Assembly (NCBI GenBank): GCA_951406725.2
Contig: OX597839.1
Span: forward strand, 28,830,001 to 28,894,000
Source of the DNA: Octopus vulgaris
Taxonomy: Eukaryota
Direction: 5' to 3'
Length of the DNA: 64,000 nt
A program made the translations under genes and the position numbers. Below are positions 24,770-36,078 of the stretch, piece after piece (the stretch's first letter is position 1; every line of letters starts with the position of its first letter). The notes beneath the pieces are model-generated. The model did not search any database. It saw only the letters and a list, made by a program, of their open reading frames with translations, and was not told where the DNA came from.

Positions 24770-24836
24770 ATTACTACTACTAATACTACTACTACTGCTG
24801 CTGCTACTACAGCTGCCGCTGCTGCTGCTGCTACAT

Positions 24837-24894
<58 letters not shown>

Positions 24895-24994
24895 CACCAC
24901 CACCACCACCACCACCACTACTACTACTACTACTACCACCACCACCACCACCACCACCACTACTACTACTACTACCACCACCACCACCACCACC

Positions 24995-25051
<57 letters not shown>
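24770..25051. repeat. (TAC)n/(CAC)n/(TGC)n trinucleotide array
   Basis: Seen directly. Confidence 0.95.
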
Positions 25052-25052
<1 letters not shown>

Positions 25053-25823
25053 TTGTTTTCATTGAAATGACATATGGTAGCAAGATGGTAGAATCATCAC
25101 TGGAGCGTCAGAAAAATATTTCGTGGTATTTTTCCAGCTCCTTGCGTTCTTGAGTTCCTACGACTTCCCTACATAAATTATGCTCTTTACATTTGTGGCT
25201 TTCTGGTTAAGAAGCTTGCTTCCCAACCACATGGTTTCAGGTTCAGTCCTACGTTGCATGGCACCTTCATCAAGTCTCTTTTACTACGGCCCCAGGCTGA
25301 CCAAAGGCTTCTCAGTGAATTTTATAGACAAAAACTGTGAAAGCCTGTTGTGTGTGTGTGTGTATGCAGGTATCTCTCTTTCTCTCGTAGAAGTGCTGTG
25401 TGGTAAGTAGCTTGCTTACCAACCACAGGGTTCTGGGTTCACTCCCACTGCATGGCACCTCGGGCAAGTGTCTTCTACTAAAGCCTTAGGCCAACCAATG
25501 CCTTGAGAGTGGATTTGGTTGACGAAAACCGGAAGAAGCCTGTCGTATATATATATATATCACGTGATCACGTGACCGACCAGACTATCAGATGTTGTTA
25601 CACATCGCTGGTCACAATGACGCCATCCCGCTGGCTAAGCGAGCAGGCCAACAGAAGAAAGAGTGGTGAAAGAGTACAGCAGGGATCACCACCCCCTGCC
25701 GGAGCCTCGTGGAGCTTTTAGGTGTTTTTACTCAATAAACACTCACAACGCCCGGTCTGGGAATTGAAACTGCGATCCTGCGACAGCGAGTCCGCTGCCC
25801 TAACCACTGGGCCATTGTGCCTC

Positions 25824-25908
<85 letters not shown>

Positions 25909-26339
25909 GTATATGTGTGTATATATTTGTGTGTCTGTGTTTGTCCCCCATCATCGCCTAAGACTCAGATTGAACTCAGAACCCTGTGGTTGCTAAGCAA
26001 GCTACTTACCACACTGCCACACCTGTACCTATTATATTTATATATATAGGGATTTTATTAATATCTAACAGAAGCAACAGAGTGACTCAAGGGCCAAGAG
26101 TGACTCAAGGGCCAAGAGTTTCGTGTGTTGGCACTTATCAATCCTATCAAACTCTGATAAGTGCCAACATATTAAGCTCTCGGCCCATGTGTCACTCGGT
26201 TGCTTCTGCTAAATATTAATAAAAAGGTATACTTTTATTCATGTTCTGAGTTCAGTTTTTCCTACAGTTCTATATTTAAGAGATGAGGAATTATGTACAT
26301 TATTTACATTTGACTGATATCCTCATCTTGCTTGTTGTT

Positions 26340-26385
26340 AACACAACGTTTCGGCTGATATACCTTCCAGCCTTCTTGAGGTGTC
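26340..26385 (-). ncRNA. Minimal type I hammerhead fold with G5>C core lesion, in a Penelope-like repeat
   Basis: Minus strand: GACAC CUCAAGA A GGCUG-loop-CAGCC GAAA CG UU GUGUU. Flanked by a partial inverted repeat (26296-26330 vs 26543-26581). Confidence 0.6.
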
Positions 26386-26874
26386 TTGGGGTAATTTCAA
26401 TCCTGGGTTCTCATTCCTAAGGTATTTTTCGATGTTATTATGATTATTATGATTATTATTATTATTATTATTATTATCAATGTTCAGATCACTGCTTGAA
26501 ATTGAACTCGGAATCTAAGCCGTATGCCCGTATGCCCGTAGACAAAGATGAGGACAAATATCCGTCGAATGTAAATAATGTTCTGTTTTTCCTGTTTGCT
26601 TCACCGAAGTGCTCAGGCAGCGCTCCAGCTGGCCAAATCCCTTCAAACTGTCCGACAGTAGCGCATGGTGTTTGTTATATTGGGTGCGCACCAAATTTCA
26701 AGCAAGGGTATAACAAAAGTTTTCCATTAAGATTTATAATTAAATTAACGAGAAAGGTTAATATTTATAATGAATCTGCCATTTTCGATGGATGTGCAGT
26801 GCACACTTAGCACATCCGGAGTATATGTCCCTGCCATCCAACCCATGCTAGCATGGAGAACAGATACTAAAAGA

Positions 26875-27200
26875 GAATGATGATGATGACGAAAATGATG
26901 GTGGTGGTGGTGGTGGTGGTATTGATGATGATGATGATGATGGTGATTGTGGTGGTGATGATGGTGATGGTGGTGGTGGTGGTGGTGATGACGGTGGTGG
27001 TGATGGTGGTGGTGACGACAATGATGATGGTGATGGTGATGATGATGATGATGGTGATTGTGGTGGTGGTGGTGGTGATGATGGTGATGGTGATGGTGGT
27101 GATTGTGGTGGTGGTGATGATGGTGGTGGTGATGGTGGTGGTGACGATGATGATGATGATGATGATGGTGATGGTGATGATGATGATGATGATGATGATG
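26875..27200. repeat. (GAT)n/(GGT)n array
   Basis: Seen directly. Begins at the (GAT)n tail of a family D element remnant. Confidence 0.95.
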
Positions 27201-27721
27201 CACATATATACGTCTGTATGAATAAGTTTCTCAATTAGCAACATAACTATTATTTTCTTACTAATTTGTTGAAGGAACAGTCTAGAAAAGCTGGGATTTT
27301 TATCTTTCAGGCGAGGAATGGTATCACCTGACGAAGGCAAAGCAAACGTTCCACAAATTCAAAGTGTAAGGGGCACCGTGAAAATATGCGAAACATTCAC
27401 TATGTTTGTAATTCTATATTTTTGTTGTTAACTTGAAATTCCGATGATTAGGAATAACAAGGCTTTGTGCCTTTGTAAGGAATTCCTCAGTCCTTTGTAA
27501 GAGGAATTTGAAGAATTAAAAATCAGATACGTACATAGACACGTATCTGAGTACACAAATATACACACACATGTACATATATATACATATAGACACACAT
27601 GCACACATAAATCATGATCATCATGACCATCATCATCATCAACATCTAATGTCTGTTCTCTCCATATTGACATAAAATGCCGAAGTTGATGATGAGGATA
27701 TTTGAGTGCACGTGCTATGTC

Positions 27722-27759
<38 letters not shown>

Positions 27760-27827
27760 AATGAAAGAATGGAGTCGAACGACGATTTAACCGAATTATC
27801 CATACTAGGATAATTCATTCAACTACT

Positions 27828-27871
<44 letters not shown>

Positions 27872-27873
27872 AT

Positions 27874-28036
27874 AGGTGTAGGTGTGGCTGTGTGGTAAGT
27901 AACTTGCTTACCAGCCACATGGTTCCGGGTTCAGTCCCACTTCAATGGCACCTTGGGCAAGTGTCTTCTACTATAGACTCAGGTTGACGAAAATCTTGTG
28001 AGTGGATTTGGTGGACGGAAACTGAAAGAAGTCCAT

Positions 28037-28082
<46 letters not shown>

Positions 28083-28306
28083 GTGTGTGTGTGTATGTAT
28101 ATGTTTGTGTGTCTGTGTTTGTCCCCACCAACATCACGTGACAACCAATGCTGGTGTGTTTACGTCCCCGTAACTTAGCGGTTCGGCAAAAGACACCAAT
28201 AGAATAAGTACTAGGCTTACAAAGAATAAGTCCTGGGGTTGATTTGCTCAACTAAAGGTGGTGCTTCAGCATGGCCACAGTCAAATGACTGAAGCAAATA
28301 AAAGAA
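27874..28306 (+). mobile_element. SINE family A, full length
   Basis: Family match. Confidence 0.85.
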
Positions 28307-28372
28307 TGGAAGAAAAGAATATGTATATATATATATATGTACACACACACACATACATGCATATATATATTC

Positions 28373-28413
<41 letters not shown>

Positions 28414-28437
28414 CATATATATATATACATACATACA

Positions 28438-28487
<50 letters not shown>

Positions 28488-29185
28488 CATGTACATATAT
28501 ACATACATACATACATACATACATACATGCATAATTACATAAACACATACATTGATGCATACACACACATACATGCATGCATATGTACATACATATATAC
28601 ATACATGCATACATACAGGGACACTCATACTCTCATACACATTGATCACACAAGTACTGGCATACACACACACACACACATACACACACATATATTTGAA
28701 GAAACACACAAATATACATGTACGCACTGGTACGCACACACATACACACGCACACTTTTTCCTATACACAGCTACAAATACACACACACACACACACACA
28801 TGTACACACAAAACGCACACTGACAGATTAAATGCTTAGGTAATTACAGAGGGATAGAATTATAATTTTCTTAATCATCTCTTCTGCAACAACACCAGGA
28901 ATGGTCGTCTGATGAGGAATTCTGAGTAACGTCTGGCTTTTCATTGAATAGCAAAAACTGACCGCATTTGCACACGCCCCCCCCCCTCTGCACACCCATA
29001 CAACACCTCTACACACCCACATCACACCTCTACAATCCCACACGCATTTGCCCACACCCGCTTGTACACTGATTATTCAATACTTGTGTATGTACATATA
29101 CATGTATGTATTTCCATACACACACACACATGCATGCACACATACACACACATATACATATATATATGTATATATATATATATAT

Positions 29186-29256
<71 letters not shown>

Positions 29257-29269
29257 AACACACACACAC

Positions 29270-29318
<49 letters not shown>

Positions 29319-29397
29319 CACGTGTGTGTGTGTATGTATGTGTATATGCGTGTCTGTATACATATATATATATATATGCTCACGCATACATACATGA

Positions 29398-29430
<33 letters not shown>

Positions 29431-29747
29431 GCATACATACGCACATGTATATATATATAGTTAAAAGAAGAATAAATACCTAGAAACAAGTGATTAAAAA
29501 AGTATACAAATTGAGGTTTGTCTAAACTGTTTCATCTATTAATTAGGCAAAAAAAAAAACAGTAATTATCAGAAGTGTCCCATAAAACCTACTCGTTAGT
29601 TGTTGTTCGTGTATGTTCCGAGATCTCCTTAATAAGCAATTTATAAGAGATATGTGTGTGTCTCTCACTGGATAAATTTGTGTGTGCGTGCTTGATTGGA
29701 AACACACACACGCTTGCACACACACACACAAACACACACACACACAC

Positions 29748-29797
<50 letters not shown>

Positions 29798-30167
29798 CAT
29801 GGTTGTTTGCAATTAGTTCATGGTAGGTTGTTTTTATATATTTGTAAGTGTGAGCATGTACGCGTGTGTGTATGTGTGTGTGAGTGTGTGTGCGTGTATG
29901 AGTGTGTGCATCTCACTCTCTCTCTATCTCTACCTCTTATATATACATATCATCATCATCATCATCATCGTTTAATGTCCGCTTTCCATGCTGGCATGGG
30001 TTGGACAGTTTGACTGAGGACTGGCAAACCAGATGGCTGCACCAGGTTCCAGTCTAATTTGGCAGAGATTCTACAGCTGGATGCCCTTCCTAACACCAAC
30101 CACTCCAAGAGTGTAGTGGATGCTTTTACGAGCCACCGGCATGAGGGCCAATATATATACATATACA

Positions 30168-30211
<44 letters not shown>

Positions 30212-30404
30212 AACATACATACATACATATATATGTATGTACAAATGAATATGTATATATGTGTAAACGTGTATGTACTTGTGTGGGGGGGGGGGAGTGC
30301 GTACATACTGCCACACGCAATCATACATCCATATATACATACACGTACACACATGTCTTTGGTTTTACAGACACCAGAAATAAACCTCAATATATAAACC
30401 AATG

Positions 30405-30457
<53 letters not shown>

Positions 30458-30513
30458 GTCTATCTGTCTATCTGTCTATCTATCTATTTGTCTATCTGTC
30501 TGTCTGTCTGTCT

Positions 30514-30897
30514 AGGTGCAGGAGTGGCTGTGTTGTAAGTAGCTTGCTTACCAACCATATGGCTCCGGGTTCAGTCCCATTGCATGGCATCTCGGGCAAG
30601 TGTCTTCTACTATAGCCCCAGGCCGACCAAAGCCTTGTGAGTGGATTTGGTAGATGGAAGCAGAAAGAAGCCTGTCGTGTGTGTGTGTGTGTGTGTTTGT
30701 GTGTCTGTGTTTGTTCCCCCAACATCGCTTCACAACCAATGCTGGTGTGCTTATGTCCCCGTAACTTAGCAGTTCAGCAAAAGAGCCCGATAGAATAAGT
30801 GCTAGGCTTACAAAGAATAAGTCCTGGGGTCGATTTGCTTGACTAGAGGCGGTGCTCCAGCATGGCCACAGTCAAATGACTGAAACAAATAAAAGAA
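30514..30897 (+). mobile_element. SINE family A, full length
   Basis: Family match. Confidence 0.85.
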
Positions 30898-31244
30898 TAT
30901 ATATATATACTGTATATATATTTACATATTTGTGTGATCAATAAACACTCTTGTATCTTCCATCTTCTCTCTCTCTCTCGTTATTCAAATACCCAACAAA
31001 CGCTGAAAGTGAACGTGCTTTATGCTAAGCTACCAGGTGTATACGACACTGCTGCATTCGTTGAGTATCTACATAAAATATAAATGAGTAACAGTATTGA
31101 TTAATGAAAACATTCCGTCGTTATAAAGAAACGGTTTTCATCAGGTGAATTCTTGAACTTCCAAATAAAGAACATTCAGAATGATTTAACATTGTTTAAA
31201 ATCCATCGAACAAAAACATTTACAGTGATTCTACTACTATTTCA

Positions 31245-31630
31245 GTGGAGGCGCAATGGCCCAGTGGTTAGGGCAGCGGACTCCCAGTCATAGGATCACG
31301 GTTTCGATTCCCAGACCGGGCGTTGTGAGTGTTTATTGAGCGAAAACACCTAAAAGCTCCACGAGCCTCCGGCAGGGGATGGTGGTGATCCCTGCTGTAC
31401 TCTTTCACCACAACTTTCTCTCACTCTTACTTCCTGTTTCTGTTGTACCTGTATTTCAAAGGGCCGGCCTTGTCACTCTCTGAGTCACGCTGAATATCCC
31501 CGAGAACTACGTTAAGGGTACACGTGTCTGTGGAGTGCTCAGCCACTTACACGTTAATTTCACGAGCAGGCTGTTCCGTTGATTCGGATCAACCGGAACC
31601 CTCATTGTCGTAACCGACGGAGTGCTTCCA
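31245..31630 (+). mobile_element. SINE family C, full length
   Basis: tRNA-like head. ATTTCAGT is duplicated at both boundaries, TSD-like. Confidence 0.88.
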
Positions 31631-31684
31631 TTTCAGTTGACTGAATCACCTGACGAAGTGCCTCAGTTTCAGTACCTAATTCAA

Positions 31685-32464
31685 CTACGATATTGTAGGG
31701 TCTGTTGGGCACTGCACGTGAGAAAAATAGCACCATGATGCAATTCACTCTGCCAGATATTTGGAAACGACATGCTGTGCTGCTTGGGGGTCACACCAGA
31801 TGCTCCAGTATGAACAGATGAGGAACACACAGAACAACTGTTGGCTTGCCGTGTCCCCAGAGTGATAAAAACCAAATATCCAGTAAGCATCATGTTTTTT
31901 GGAGTGATCATTAGTGATGGTGACATTCATTTTCCTACATGGCCTCAGATTCAACACTGAGGTCTACTTCAAATGCCTGGAGGAGGTAGCACTGCCCTGG
32001 GTCAAGAGGATGGCTGCTGCAAGACCCTATGCCTGGCAGCAGGACTCTGCACCATGCCACACAAGCAGGAGAACCCTGTCATGGATGTCAGATACTTTCT
32101 GCGATCACATCACCCCTAACATCTGGCCACCTAACTTCCCAAACAGCAAACCCCTTGATTATTTTGTGTGGGGCGCAGTTGAGCGAGAGACCAACAAAAC
32201 TTCTTGTAACACCAACGATGAACTGAAGGCAAGGATTATGGCAGCATTCACCAATTTAAACAAGGAGCCCATCCAGAAGAGTTGCAGGAGATTCCAAAGT
32301 CGTCTGGAGGCCATGGTTGAAGCCAATGGCAATTTTATTGAATAAAATTACTCATTAGTATTTTAAAATATTTTAATGTAATTTTGGTAAATATGTTAAA
32401 ATGAGATGTCAGAGTTATTTTCGTTTTTGTGTAACTTAGATGACAATGTATTCACTGCACCCTG
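31685..32464 (+). mobile_element. DD37D (maT) Tc1/mariner element, internally deleted
   Basis: ORF 31914-32345 has WQQDSAPCH...WPPNFPNSKPLDYFVWG with 37 residues between the two Asp. Right TIR ends CACCCTG|TA. Homologous to 49625-50901. Confidence 0.88.
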
Positions 32465-32556
32465 TATATATGTGTGTATATATGTGTATATATGTGTGTG
32501 TGTATCGCTAGCCACTACACATTTTAAATTTTCTCTCTTTGTTTCTGTCTGTGTTC

Positions 32557-32592
32557 CTTTCTGTGGAAGAGCAAAGGCTCGAAACGTTAAAG
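32557..32592 (+). ncRNA. Minimal hammerhead-like fold with CUGUGGA core
   Basis: CUUU CUGUGGA A GAGC-AAAG-GCUC GAAA CG UU AAAG. Position 6 is U instead of A. Confidence 0.45.
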
Positions 32593-32707
32593 ACTTTTTC
32601 ACTTCCCGAACGTTATACTAATACATCTGTTTGTTGTCTACACCACCTGTCTTCATCTTCTGTTTTTTCGTGAATTCTCCCTACACACACACATATATAT
32701 ATATATA

Positions 32708-32987
32708 GCGCCGCCTTGACTGGCTTCCATGCTGGTGGCACATAAAAAGCACCAAGCGATCGTGGCTGCTGCCAGCCTCCCCTGGCACTTATGCCGGTGG
32801 CACATAAAAAGCACCCACTACACTCACAGAGTGGTTGGCGTTAGGAAGGGCATCCAGCTGTAGAAACACTGCCAGATGAGAATGGAGCCTGGTGCAGCCT
32901 CCCGGCTTCTCAGACCCCAGTCGAGCCGTCCAACCCATGCTAGCATGGAAAACGGACGTTAAACGATGATGATAATGATGATGATGA
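32708..32987 (+). mobile_element. SINE-like family D (GGAAGGGCATCCAGCTG core, (GAT)n tail)
   Basis: Same family at 29950-30150, 36088-36690, 37962-38160, 46597-46815, 47668-47810 and 60290-60468. Confidence 0.8.
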
Positions 32988-33198
32988 TATATACACACAC
33001 ACACTCACACGTTAACCAAGAAACTATTATTGACTCATGGATCTATAGTTTCATGTCAGTCACTGCACTTATAAAATTCACTTGACAAGTGCATTAGTAC
33101 GAAACATTATGCCCATCTGTCACTGTAGATCCTTGTCTAGTAATATATGAGTGCATGTGTGTGTGTGTGTGTGTTGGTGGGTATGTCTGTGTGTACAA

Positions 33199-33433
33199 AG
33201 GCGGCGAGCTGGCAGAGTGGTTAGCACGCCGGGCGAAATGCATAGCCGTATTTCATCTACCGTTATGTTTTGAGTTCAAATTCCGCCGAGGTCGACTTTA
33301 CCTTTCATCCTTTCGGGGTCGATTAAATAAGTACCAGTTACGCACTGGGGTCGATGTAATCGACTTAATACCTGTGTCTGTCCTAGTTTATCCCCTCTAT
33401 GTTTAGCCCCTTGTGGGTAGTAAAGAAATAGGT
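33199..33433 (+). mobile_element. SINE family B, full length
   Basis: Matches 3391-3628. Confidence 0.85.
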
Positions 33434-33689
33434 ATGTCTGTGTGTATATATAAATGTATACTTCTATACATACCTATCTCTGTCTACTGCTCTACCTACT
33501 TTCTTACGCACCCAACAAGTACATTTGACTCACTTCATCTATTTACATCAATACCTTAACCTCTTAACATAACACCCACATAACAAGCATTTATCCTATT
33601 TTTATAACATCTCCATCTGACATGTTCACTTTCTATTTCTTCTCTCCTGTATTAATTTGTATTAACGAACAATTGCTGATATTGTTTAA

Positions 33690-34302
33690 CACTTTAGCAT
33701 TTAAACAGGTCAAATATTTTACTTGTTCTACATTCACACTGGCTACATCCAGACCCTCACCCCTACCTTACAATGTCTTTTGAAAAATTAGCAATCACAT
33801 CATTGAAATCTCGAAGGTATGAGATAATACTTGATTAATTGAAAACTATGTCAATAAAGAAGCACTGTGTTTGACAACTTTAACGTCATCATGCTTACAT
33901 TGACAATTTGTATGTCAACAATCATACATTGACAACTTCATTGTTGTCACACTTAAATTGACAACTTGAACATTGTCAATCTTACATCGACAACTTGAAC
34001 ATTGTCAATCTTACATTGACAGCTTGTACCTCATCACACTTATATTGACAGCTTGAATCATCAATCTTAAATCAACAACATGAATGTCGTCAATCTTACA
34101 TCAACAACTTGTACTTTGTCACACTTAGATTGACAACTTGGTTGCAATTGGAATGTATTCAGGACCTTGAAGCAGTGATGATGGACTGAGAAGTATTGGG
34201 GGTAGAACTATGGTGCTGTGGTCTAGGTTGGAACCTGGCCTTGATAAATAATAACTGAGAGAGTAATTAGAATGATACAGGAATAACCTGAATGCTAAAG
34301 GC
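33690..34302. mobile_element. TTAA-flanked (piggyBac-like) MITE
   Basis: TTAA|CACTTTAGCATT ... AATGCTAAAGGC|TTAA. Confidence 0.65.
33870..34140. repeat. 29-bp minisatellite, about 10 units
   Basis: CTTACATTGACAACTTGAACATTGTCAAT-like unit. TGACAA variants recur about every 29 bp (33872, 33901, 33930, 33959...). Confidence 0.85.
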
Positions 34303-34408
34303 TTAATCTTAAAGATAACAGTAATCCCTTGCCATATCATGGTTCACCTATTGCGGTTTATCATCTAAGTTTACATCGATTCCTCCATGGTGTTCTTTTG
34401 CATTGAAA

Positions 34409-34644
34409 GGCAGCGAGCTGGCAGAACTGTTAGCACGCCAGGTGAAATGCGTTGCCATATTTTGTCTGCCATTACATTCTGAGTTCAAATTCTGCCAAGG
34501 TCGACTTTGCCTTTCATCCTTTCGAGGTTGATAAATTAAGTACCAGTTACGCACTGGGGTCGATGTAATCAACTTAATCCGTTTGTCTGTCCTTGTTTGT
34601 CCCCTCTGTGTTTATACCCTTGTGGGTAGTAAGGAAATAGGTAT
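34409..34644 (+). mobile_element. SINE family B, full length
   Basis: Family match. Confidence 0.85.
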
Positions 34645-34976
34645 TGTTTTGCATTTATAATAAAATAAATATATACAAATCATAGAAATTAAAAATAAAA
34701 TATAGAGGACAATACTGTTTCTACTTTGCGGATTTTTACCTATCGCGGAGGATTTTGGAACTTAACACCCACGATAGTCAAAGGATTACTGTATATACAT
34801 CAGTTATATATACATATATTAAATATTCCGCCTGTTTTATGTTCAAACTGGCTTGATTTGGTTTTATGTATGTGTGTGTGTGTATATATACATATATATA
34901 TGCATGTGTGTGTACATATATATGTGTGTGTGTGTGTGTGTATATATATATACATATGTGTGTGTATGTATATATG

Positions 34977-35008
<32 letters not shown>

Positions 35009-35093
35009 TATATACATGTGTGTGTATATGTGTGTGTGTACATGAAATTGATTTAATTAACTAAATTGATTTCTGAATTATAATTTATAAGTA

Positions 35094-35425
35094 AACAATT
35101 GCAGCGTGGAAGGTGTTTGTAAGCCATTTAAGAAACACACAAAAGCCGTTCGATTCACTTCAACATTTAAGTTTAATTTGTCAAAATATTTTCGTCGCTT
35201 TGAAACCGCGACCTGTTCACTGACAAAAATCCGTGCTGCACCAGTGAACAGGTCGCGGTCTTAAAGCGACGAAAATATTTTGACAAATTAAACTTAAATG
35301 TTGAAGAGAATCGATGGCTTTTGTGTGTTTCTTAAATGGCTTATAAACACCTTCCACGCTGCAATTGTTCTTGTTTCAACACACGATCTCAGATCAAATC
35401 ACTTGCTATGCAAGTACATCTCCGT
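35094..35425. mobile_element. Penelope-like inverted terminal repeat pair
   Basis: Arms 35094-35222 and 35242-35369 are reverse complements and each carries a hammerhead layout. A second copy lies at 45305-45585. The Penelope assignment is inference. Confidence 0.65.
35177..35227 (-). ncRNA. Minimal type I hammerhead candidate with G3-C8 swapped core
   Basis: Minus strand: UUUGUCA GUGAACA G GUCGC-GGUUUCAAA-GCGAC GAA AAUAUU U UGACAAA. Confidence 0.6.
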
Positions 35426-35556
35426 AATTTATAAGTATGAACAGTTGTATTACGCTTTGAATCCATTGTGTTTGTTGGGTATGTATAATTGTTCGTTTTT
35501 ATATGCACTTTAAGCATGTGGCTAAGCCAGTGTACTTACTTGCTTGCCCTGAATAT

Positions 35557-35589
<33 letters not shown>

Positions 35590-35670
35590 AAATTTAAAAT
35601 ATATATATATAAAAGAAATTTAAAATGCCAACGTGATAACTGTAAACCTACTTTTGGGACACCCTGTATG

Positions 35671-35734
<64 letters not shown>

Positions 35735-35742
<8 letters not shown>

Positions 35743-36078
35743 AACGACAAAATGTCTGTCTGTGTGTCTGTGTATCCTTTATACAAATCCACAATTTTTC
35801 AGTTATAGGGCTCACACTTTCTATGGTCATTCAAAACCGTCCAAGGGTGGTCGTGCACATCTTTACATTTCCCCAGTCATCCCACAAAACCATTAAAAAG
35901 TCAATAGAAGTGACTTTTTTGTGAATTTTCTATCCAAGACCCAATCAAAATGCTCGAAACTTGATACGCCAATTGAATGCCAGCTAGCTGTATGTGATTG
36001 GTCGGAGATTTGGACAGTACTCGCGTGTATGTGCTTGCACTAGCCCTATGACCCAGCATTGCCGGGTCATAGTGCTAG
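35735..36078 (+). mobile_element. Non-autonomous Helitron
   Basis: Hairpin ATGACCC/GGGTCAT then CTAG|T. The 5' part recurs inverted at 58655-58904. Confidence 0.82.

Noticed and set aside
26745-27340. Poly-His, poly-Ser/Pro and poly-Thr ORFs (also 24593-25153)
   Set aside because: Translations of trinucleotide microsatellites, open in several frames, with no splice or domain support.
33870-34140. CRISPR-like repeat/spacer pattern
   Set aside because: The variable parts are only ~13 bp and related to one another, there are no cas genes, and the context is eukaryotic.
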